Below are positions 56,977-64,000 of a stretch of DNA of 64,000 bases, piece by piece. A program made the position numbers and the translations under genes. Origin of the DNA: an uncultured Candidatus Saccharibacteria bacterium (GTDB lineage: Bacteria > Patescibacteriota > Dojkabacteria > SC72); contig CAZLLO010000004.1 of the NCBI GenBank assembly GCA_964560525.1, positions 530 to 64,529 on the forward strand, read 5' to 3'. The notes under the pieces were generated by a model that had not been told where the DNA came from, did no database searches, and saw only the letters and a program-made list of their open reading frames with translations. Each line of letters starts with the position of its first letter. The stretch's first letter is position 1.

Positions 56977-57892
56977 CCAATCGTGATAAATATGTATATA
57001 TAGCATTTGCTGCAATACCTCCCTCAGAGACAGCTGTTATAACCTGCCTAAAGCCATTTGAAGCAGTTGTACAATCACCAGCAGCCCATATACCATCAAC
57101 ATTGGTTGCTTGTGTTTGATCAACCTTAATATATTTCTTCTCATCTGTATCTATACCTAATTTCTCGGATAATACGGCATTAGGTTCAGAGCCTATTTCT
57201 ATGAACATACCATTTACCTCAACATATTCGTTTCCATTATATGGTTGTGATAGCTTGATTCTTTCTAATCTAGGCTCTCCCTCAAGTCCAATTGGTAATG
57301 TTTTCAATATTATTTCTACATTTGGTTTCTTCATTAATTGTTCAACCCACATAGGTTCTCCAAGCAATTCAGTACCTCTATAGATGAGATAGACCTTCTT
57401 AGCAATATCAGAAAGCATAGAAGCAGACATTACTGCCGCATTCTTTCCTCCTACAACAGCTACGGTTTTATCTTTGTAAAACATAGCATCACAGGTAGCG
57501 CAATAGGAGAGACCCTTACCAAGGTATTTATCTTCCCCAGGTAGCATTAGTTTATTCCTCTCCGTTCCTGTTGTAAGTATCACTGTTTTAGCTTCATATT
57601 CATTATTTCTGTCAGTGTATACATGGAATACTTCATCAAACTTTTTAATGTCCACAACGCTTTCATATACTACCTCACCACCCAAATCTTTAGCCTGTTT
57701 TTCAAATAACATACCTAATTCAAGTCCAGTAATATCTGGTAATCCAGGGTAGTTACACACCTTATGTGCTTCTGATATAGTTCCACCAACTATTTTTCCT
57801 AATATGATATTCGTAAGCTTGTATCTGCTAGAGTAAATACTAGCAGCGTATGCTGCGGGTCCGCTTCCTATTATTGCTATATCGTATGTCAT
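56969..57892 (-). CDS. trxB: thioredoxin reductase
   Basis: IIGSGPA, SYCATCD, VVGG, AAGD. Confidence 0.92.
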   Translation of the reverse strand: MTYDIAIIGSGPAAYAASIYSSRYKLTNIILGKIVGGTISEAHKVCNYPGLPDITGLELGMLFEKQAKDLGGEVVYESVVDIKKFDEVFHVYTDRNNEYEAKTVILTTGTERNKLMLPGEDKYLGKGLSYCATCDAMFYKDKTVAVVGGKNAAVMSASMLSDIAKKVYLIYRGTELLGEPMWVEQLMKKPNVEIILKTLPIGLEGEPRLERIKLSQPYNGNEYVEVNGMFIEIGSEPNAVLSEKLGIDTDEKKYIKVDQTQATNVDGIWAAGDCTTASNGFRQVITAVSEGGIAANAIYTYLSRLVR

Positions 57893-57977
57893 ATATGTTA
57901 GAGATTACAAATTAGAAGATATTTCAATTTATACATTCTAGCATATATGTAAATAGGTGAGACAGAAGTAAAGAATG

Positions 57978-58742
57978 CTACACTATTGTTCCCCAATCAA
58001 GAGTATTTGTTAATATTTCAGCCTTGTTCTTTCTAACAATAACCATATATTCAAACATAACACTGTTACCACCATTCTGTGTATGTACAGACCATTCATC
58101 CTCATCAATGTAAGCTTTTCCATTATCATCGACAACCTGGCATTCGATACATATAACCATGCCATCGACTAGTAATTCTTCTGTGCCCTTTCTACCATAT
58201 GAAAGAATTTCTGGATCTTCATGAAGAGATTTACCAATACCATGGCCAGCATACATCTTTAAAACATTAAAACCACTATCTTTAGCAGCTTTCTCCATTT
58301 CATACCCCAGATCTCCTGTATGATTACCAACTACAGCCTTAGTAATTGCATTCTCTACCGCAGCTCTACCAGCCTCTAAAAGCTTTACATTTTGTTTTGA
58401 AGGTATTCCTACACTCCAGGTCCAACAGTGATCTGTAAAATATCCTTTATATATGATTCCCATATCTATGGAAACTAAATCACCTTTTTTAAGGGGTGTA
58501 TTACTGGGGATACCATGTACGGCAACATCGTTAACAGATATACATGTATTATATTTGTAATCTCCGACAGTTTTGAAACTAGACCTTACACCATATTTTG
58601 CACATAATTGTCCTGCCAGAATATCTAATTCTAAGGAAGTAATACCCTCATGGATGTTTTCTCCTAGTTGTTTAAGAATATCAACAGAAATTTCTGTTGC
58701 TTCTCTCAGCATTAATTCATCTTTTGGATTCTTTATAATCAT
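57978..58742 (-). CDS. map: methionine aminopeptidase type I
   Basis: CISVND.AVHGIP, DMG...D, GHGIG..LHEDP. Confidence 0.95.
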   Translation of the reverse strand: MIIKNPKDELMLREATEISVDILKQLGENIHEGITSLELDILAGQLCAKYGVRSSFKTVGDYKYNTCISVNDVAVHGIPSNTPLKKGDLVSIDMGIIYKGYFTDHCWTWSVGIPSKQNVKLLEAGRAAVENAITKAVVGNHTGDLGYEMEKAAKDSGFNVLKMYAGHGIGKSLHEDPEILSYGRKGTEELLVDGMVICIECQVVDDNGKAYIDEDEWSVHTQNGGNSVMFEYMVIVRKNKAEILTNTLDWGTIV

Positions 58743-58761
58743 GCCCGTATTATACCTCTAA

Positions 58762-59922
58762 CTAGCCAATAATATATAGTTCTTCCTCAGCTCTTGTGAC
58801 AGCTGTATAGAGCCATCTTCGCCAATTATCATCTGTCATTCGAGGAAATCTTTCCTCAAAAACAATTACTCTCTTTGCCTGACTACCCTGTGCCTTGTGT
58901 ACTGTTAATGCATATCCAAAATCAAATAAATTCATATTTTCAACCAAATGTTGTGTCAATGTTTCTGGTTTTCCAAATTGTTCCACACTTATATGTCCTG
59001 CAAATATATCATCTTCACCATCCAATGCTATTTCTACATCATAGAAATGTGCTCTCTCGTCTTTAAAGATAGAGAGAATTGTACCTGTCATACCATTGAA
59101 TATTCCAACACTAGCATTATTTTTTAAACATATAACTCGATCACCATACTTAGGTTCAGGTGAATCAAATTCTAATAACTGCCTAATACCTTTATTCAAA
59201 TCAACCCTTGTTCTATTGTATCCTGTCAAAACCATGGTTTGGTCATCAAAAGTTTCTAATTTGCTAGTTAAAAATTCTTGTGTATTTTCATCCTTCTTAG
59301 AGATTTTACGTACAGTGCTAGAAAAATCTAATTGTGGTATGTGACCATACCTTCTTGCTATCTCAGAAACTTTAATGATTGGGTTATCCCTCTCTTGCCT
59401 AAAAATTTCTTCTAATTTGAGGGTAGGGGTTTCCATTAAATTAAAACTGCCCTCTACAGGTGGTAATTGCCCATGATCTCCAGAGGCTAGAATAGGTACA
59501 CCAAAACTGAGTAAATCATCCCATATCTGTTTTGTAACCATTGAAGCTTCATCGACAATTATCAGATCGTAGGAGAATTCTTCTTGAAGCTTTTTCTCCC
59601 AACCAATAATATTGTCTTTATCATCACAAATGGCTTTGTAGATTAATCCATGTATCGTGCCAATATAGTCGGACTTATTAATAGAAGCAGCTTCTTTAAG
59701 CTTGCGTTGCAACACGCGTGCCGCTTTCCCCGTATAACTACAGTATGCAATTTTAATGTTCTTTTTCTCCTTGTGAAGATATTGTCCAAGGTATCCCAAC
59801 AATGTTGTTTTACCTGTTCCAGCATATCCCCCAAAGGTTAGATATTGCACAGGATTCTCCCTATACCACTGTAATATATCATCCAAGATATTTTTTTGTT
59901 TTTCAGAAAATGCTATGTCCAC
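58762..59922 (-). CDS. RecD/Dda-like SF1B helicase
   Basis: GYAGTGKTT, DEASMV, GDHGQLPPV, YALTVHKAQGSQ, YTAVTRA. Confidence 0.9.
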   Translation of the reverse strand: MDIAFSEKQKNILDDILQWYRENPVQYLTFGGYAGTGKTTLLGYLGQYLHKEKKNIKIAYCSYTGKAARVLQRKLKEAASINKSDYIGTIHGLIYKAICDDKDNIIGWEKKLQEEFSYDLIIVDEASMVTKQIWDDLLSFGVPILASGDHGQLPPVEGSFNLMETPTLKLEEIFRQERDNPIIKVSEIARRYGHIPQLDFSSTVRKISKKDENTQEFLTSKLETFDDQTMVLTGYNRTRVDLNKGIRQLLEFDSPEPKYGDRVICLKNNASVGIFNGMTGTILSIFKDERAHFYDVEIALDGEDDIFAGHISVEQFGKPETLTQHLVENMNLFDFGYALTVHKAQGSQAKRVIVFEERFPRMTDDNWRRWLYTAVTRAEEELYIIG

Positions 59923-59958
59923 TTGAGATATGTAAAGATAATTGATAGATTAAAGGAC

Positions 59959-61404
59959 ATGTCTAATGTATATAGTATAGTAAAAAAGAGCAAGTTAGCA
60001 CAAATAGTTATTGTACTATCTTTGTTTTTGTTGATGCCAAGCGTTGTACATGCTCAAACAACATCTACGGAATTAAAGTCCTTCACCTATTTTACAGGTA
60101 TAGGGTGCCCTCATTGTGCTAAGGTTTCTCCTGTATTACATGAGAAAGTCAATGCACAAAAGGGTTTGCTTATGATCGAGTACGAAATATACCAAGAGTC
60201 TTCCAATGCAACAGTTTTGTATAGCTACAATTCAAAATATGGCTATCAATTAGCTATTCCCTTAACTTTGTATGCTCCAAAAGATTTTGACCAAGGTGAT
60301 TCCCCAATTCTTAATAATTTTGATACTCAAATATCTAAACTTCCTGTGAATACAATTGAACTATCAAAAAGCACTGTAAGCTGGAGTGATCTTAACCTAA
60401 ATGATTTCGAAGGTAGAGTAAAACTATTTACGAAGGATAGGGTAGCTTTACAAAATACATCACAAGATTTATCTAATGAACAAGAGGGTCAGATAAAAGA
60501 ATTTCTAACTACAACAGATTTAGATACCTATGTACAAACTGTACAAGGGACACAGATAAAGGATCTGATAATTGAGTATTCGGGAGGGAATGAGGTGTAT
60601 ACCCACGGTGTTAATATTGGTTCGTGGACTTTGCTTTGGAGAGGAAACAATGATGCAAAAATCGTAATAGGAGATACTGTGAATACGAATGTTGATAAAA
60701 ACAGTTCAAATAATATTTCATGGGCTAAGATTTCAACACTAGCGCTTACGGATTCTATTAACCCATGTGCATTGTCTGTATTGCTCATGATGCTAATAGC
60801 TATTGCTACATACCATCCTAAAGATAAAAAACAGATATTGTGGGCTGGTTTAGCATTTGTTGCTGCGGTATTCATTACATACTTTGTATATGGATTACTA
60901 ATTGTTAAGGCTTTTGAAGTGGTTCAGGGGATTAGCAGCATTAAGTTGTATCTGTATAAGGGGTTGGGTGCTGGCGCAATTATTCTAGGATTACTTGAGA
61001 TCAAGGATTTCTTCTTTTACAAACCAGGATCTATTGGTACTGAGATGCCTATGATTTTTAGACCTAAGGTGCAGCAGATTCTTGCTAAAGTCACATCTCC
61101 ACTCGGGGCTTTTGGGTTGGGTATGTTTGTTACTTTGTTCTTACTTCCTTGTACTATTGGCCCATACATTATACTGGGTGGTATGCTTTCCTATGGTGAG
61201 TTTGCGAGCGCGTTACCATATCTTACTGTTTACAATTTGATTTTTATACTTCCAATGGTTGTAATAATACTTCTGGTTTTCTTTGGTTCTAAGAGTATTA
61301 AACAAGTTACTCAGTGGAGAGAAAAGAACGTAAAAATAATGCATCTAATTATTGGCATTATATTCATACTTTTAGGAGCATCTATGTTCTTTGGATTGTT
61401 TTAA
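59959..61404 (+). CDS. thioredoxin-like domain + CcdA/DsbD-type TM domain
   Basis: Signal peptide, GCPHC, DSINPC and LPCTIGPY cysteine pair in the TM region; SD AAGGA before ATG 59959. Confidence 0.85.
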   Translation: MSNVYSIVKKSKLAQIVIVLSLFLLMPSVVHAQTTSTELKSFTYFTGIGCPHCAKVSPVLHEKVNAQKGLLMIEYEIYQESSNATVLYSYNSKYGYQLAIPLTLYAPKDFDQGDSPILNNFDTQISKLPVNTIELSKSTVSWSDLNLNDFEGRVKLFTKDRVALQNTSQDLSNEQEGQIKEFLTTTDLDTYVQTVQGTQIKDLIIEYSGGNEVYTHGVNIGSWTLLWRGNNDAKIVIGDTVNTNVDKNSSNNISWAKISTLALTDSINPCALSVLLMMLIAIATYHPKDKKQILWAGLAFVAAVFITYFVYGLLIVKAFEVVQGISSIKLYLYKGLGAGAIILGLLEIKDFFFYKPGSIGTEMPMIFRPKVQQILAKVTSPLGAFGLGMFVTLFLLPCTIGPYIILGGMLSYGEFASALPYLTVYNLIFILPMVVIILLVFFGSKSIKQVTQWREKNVKIMHLIIGIIFILLGASMFFGLF

Positions 61405-61589
61405 ATAGCCAGTGAAATGTTTCAATTGTTAATTATATGAGTTGCCTATAATAGGGGTTGTACTAACGATATGGGTACAAATACTAATGATTTATATCAA
61501 TATTTATTAGTAATATAGTGATTTTGTATAGATATTTATCATGATATGTAATATATTCATGATTTCCGATTGTATCGGTGTGGGTGTTC

Positions 61590-61664
61590 GAGGTGTGTCT
61601 GGGGGTTGGAATAATGTATTGATGCTTGAAAGCAACAAATATAGTATCTCCCAGACACGACCTC
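61590..61664 (-). other. long 3' stem-loop after orphan gene
   Basis: GAGGT(C)GTGTCTGGG / CCCAGACACACCTC outer stem with an inner TGCTT/AAGCA stem. Confidence 0.65.
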
Positions 61665-61669
61665 TTAAC

Positions 61670-62185
61670 CTATTTCCATTCACCGGAGCCTCCGTAATAA
61701 CGGCTCTGGTTGAAAACTTCATCCAACATGTTATTGGGTTCGTTTTCAAATAAAACTTTTGTTTTGCAATCTTTATTTGGAGTACAAATTACTCTGAAAA
61801 TAGTTCCTTCTTCTTGGATATACCCCAGAATTTGGTTTTCAGAGCAATAGCTCCAACCAGATTGACAGACATAGAGACCTGTAACGGTACCATCCAAAGT
61901 CGTATTATACACAGCATTTACAGTTGTATCGGCTGTATACGAATCGGGTGCCAAGTTCAAGGTCTTTAATGCCTTCCAGACGTCTCCGTTGAAATAACTG
62001 GTAAGGGCTCTAACTAAATTACCCGTACCATAATATTTTATTTCTTCAGAAGACATTTCCCCACTCAAAGCTTTGTTTATGCAATTTGAATCGCATTCAA
62101 AGCTATTTGCATTTACATGCCCATTTGGGATCGTAAGCGCAAGAATGGAGAGGACGACAATTGCTATTTCAAGAATTTTTTTCAT
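61670..62185 (-). CDS. secreted Cys-containing hypothetical protein
   Basis: Signal peptide (VNA), three Cys pairs, SD AGGAGA. Confidence 0.75.
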   Translation of the reverse strand: MKKILEIAIVVLSILALTIPNGHVNANSFECDSNCINKALSGEMSSEEIKYYGTGNLVRALTSYFNGDVWKALKTLNLAPDSYTADTTVNAVYNTTLDGTVTGLYVCQSGWSYCSENQILGYIQEEGTIFRVICTPNKDCKTKVLFENEPNNMLDEVFNQSRYYGGSGEWK

Positions 62186-62201
62186 TTTTTCTCCTATGTA
62201 A

Positions 62202-62321
62202 ATTTGTGGAACTTACATATCTCTATTAGGTAAAAGATATAGAAGTTCCACAAATAAGAGAAGATTTTGGAAATAGGTTTTTAAAAGAACAGTTACATGT
62301 AATTTCAAATTACCTGTAACT
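62202..62321 (-). promoter_or_regulatory. leader module: hairpin, boxA-like site, long hairpin
   Basis: Near-perfect 15-bp palindrome 62291-62321; TGTTCTTTTAAAAA 62278-62291; 13-bp perfect IR 62202-62255. Confidence 0.6.
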
Positions 62322-62393
62322 TAACATAGTACTAATGAAAGAAATATAAATTATGAAATTTATATCTATATTTATTAGTAATATATCTTCAAT

Positions 62394-62443
62394 TTCGAGA
62401 TGGTATCCAATGTGCTTTTTAGCAATGTTGGATACCATCCGAA
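62394..62443 (-). other. long 3' stem-loop after orphan gene
   Basis: GATGGTATCCAA/TTGGATACCATC 12-bp stem plus inner TGCT/AGCA. Confidence 0.7.
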
Positions 62444-62462
62444 AAGGTTTATCTAGTTATCA

Positions 62463-62795
62463 TTAAAAAAGATGATAACCGACGGACATAATTAAAGCTA
62501 AGGCAACTCCGAACATGAGGGTAAAGAAAGATAATTTCTTCAATTCTTTCCACTCACTAAGAAGGCCACATATGTCAACAATTACAGTTATCCATAACAA
62601 CATTGTATATGCGCCCTTGGCAAGTGAGAAATTATAGATTATACCAAGGAATAGGAAGGCCGTTCCCAGTGCGTATAGTACCATCGCGAGTTGAGACCAT
62701 CCAGAGCTTTTTTTGGTAATTGAAAGTGTTTTTATAAAAAAAACACATACTTGCAATATTGCCACTACACTTAACAAAATATCCTTTGTCTCCAT
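62463..62795 (-). CDS. 4-TM hypothetical membrane protein
   Basis: Four hydrophobic segments; SD AAGGAGAG. Confidence 0.75.
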   Translation of the reverse strand: METKDILLSVVAILQVCVFFIKTLSITKKSSGWSQLAMVLYALGTAFLFLGIIYNFSLAKGAYTMLLWITVIVDICGLLSEWKELKKLSFFTLMFGVALALIMSVGYHLF

Positions 62796-62841
62796 TTCTC
62801 TCCTTTCCCATATATGGGAGTATAAATTTTTTAGATTTTGT

Positions 62842-62958
62842 ATTACACAAACTTTAAACCTTCAAGATAGATTTAAAAGCACAAAGTTTGTGTAATTGGG
62901 AGAGTGATAAACCTTTTTAAAGAGCAGTATAGATTTATTCAACCTATAGTACATTATA
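62842..62958 (-). promoter_or_regulatory. leader module: extended -10, hairpin, boxA, long hairpin
   Basis: TGgTATAAT (-10 at 62953-62958); hairpin 62928-62948; TGCTCTTTAAAAA 62914-62926; 14-bp perfect IR 62842-62896. Confidence 0.65.
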
Positions 62959-63121
62959 CCACATTGTTTTAATTTTATACAAAAGTATATCTAATTCCAA
63001 GAAAAAGAACGTACTCTACTTTTTTCTCAATTTAATCTTTTTACAGGTCTATTCCTTTTAGAATATTTTAGTATATACTAAATATATCTAATCTGCCTAA
63101 ATAGATGCTATGGGAATAGTA

Positions 63122-64000
63122 ATGTCTAAAAAGAAAAAATACCTCATACTTTTGATTAGCATGTTAACCTTAGCTGCTATTACAGCAGGAATATACCTAT
63201 TCATTAACCCTAAAGTAAATAGCTCAACCTTATACTCTGTAGATAAATATTCGGATGTTACTAATTGGTGTGATACTAGTATAAAGGACAACACCTTGTC
63301 TATCGATTGCAAAGCGTTGTTAATCAATATTGATGCGAATAGTTGTTTTGAAGTACAAGTAATAACTAAGGATAAAGAATTAAGGGATTTAAATGTGTGC
63401 GAGAGCGATGATATATTAACATATACTAATGATATATTGGGGTACAAGAATCTAATGCCAGTTGATGTGGTATTTACATATACTAAGAGTGGGATATTGG
63501 AGAATTATTCATTTAGTAATGTGTCCTTTTTAAAAATGGAGGATACATATGTACAATCTGTTGTTAATGAAGATATTGCCAATTTAGTAACTATTGATTC
63601 TAAAACTACAACAATACAGAATAGTATTAACTTCTGCCCAAGATTAGAATTGTTACCTGAATATGTAACAGAAGAAAATAAAAAAACATATGATATATTT
63701 TACAGTACCTCTAAATTAGACCAGAGTTTCTTTTCTGATGGCTCACTATATAATACCCCGATAAACGAACTAAAATTAATTTTCGGATGTGAATCTCAGA
63801 TTACAAGTGGGTACAAAGATTTATGTACAACTAAAAATATTAATATTACAAGTAACTTAGAACAAGCCTTATTGCAAATGCCCAAAAATATAAATTTTGC
63901 TCAAGGTTTTGGGGAGTTTGATATTTCTACACTTCACAATATTTCCATAATTTATGATGGTGAAGAATTCACACGTTTTAGTGACGAATCAGGAATATTA
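63122..64000 (+). CDS. membrane-anchored/secreted hypothetical protein (runs off right edge)
   Basis: Not in ORF track; MSKKKKYLILLISMLTLAAITAGIYLF... frame stays open to the end of the window; Cys-containing ectodomain. Confidence 0.8.
   Translation, partial: MSKKKKYLILLISMLTLAAITAGIYLFINPKVNSSTLYSVDKYSDVTNWCDTSIKDNTLSIDCKALLINIDANSCFEVQVITKDKELRDLNVCESDDILTYTNDILGYKNLMPVDVVFTYTKSGILENYSFSNVSFLKMEDTYVQSVVNEDIANLVTIDSKTTTIQNSINFCPRLELLPEYVTEENKKTYDIFYSTSKLDQSFFSDGSLYNTPINELKLIFGCESQITSGYKDLCTTKNINITSNLEQALLQMPKNINFAQGFGEFDISTLHNISIIYDGEEFTRFSDESGIL

Noticed and set aside
61507-61753. Short overlapping ORFs on both strands
   Set aside because: They overlap the 61670 gene and its hairpin and show no coding signal.
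61590-62443. 3' hairpins as integron attC sites
   Set aside because: No RYYYAAC...GTTRRRY ends in the right orientation, the genes have their own promoters, and no integrase is visible.
1-64000. Alternative genetic code (UGA=Gly)
   Set aside because: Conserved genes are full length under code 11 and rnhB ends at TGA.

Overview
AT-rich, gene-dense chromosomal segment of a small-genome bacterium. Gene content and style suggest CPR/Patescibacteria, plausibly Dojkabacteria (inference). It uses the standard code (TGA is a stop, e.g. rnhB). The backbone is housekeeping: gatB/gatA, rnhB, gpmI, rplS, dnaE, uvrB/uvrC, mutL, lexA, a HelD-like helicase, an nrdR-nrdD-nrdG operon, trxB, map and six tRNAs. 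Accessory content includes a HpaII-family R-M pair, orphan genes and a 2612-aa adhesin with an adjacent sortase. Main observations: (1) a c-di-GMP-II-like riboswitch with a visible expression platform leads the adhesin-sortase operon; (2) the adhesin looks like a polyprotein, with an internal LPDTG sorting signal followed directly by a second signal peptide; (3) three unrelated orphan genes share the layout -10 / hairpin / boxA / long hairpin / strong SD / ORF / long hairpin, whereas many core genes look leaderless; (4) the class III RNR is split, with its glycyl-radical loop on an unannotated 51-aa gene, under four phased NrdR boxes; (5) several probable pseudo-enzymes (HD-GYP-CAP fusion, cupin GPI, transglutaminase). 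All calls are from motif recognition by eye; no searches were run.
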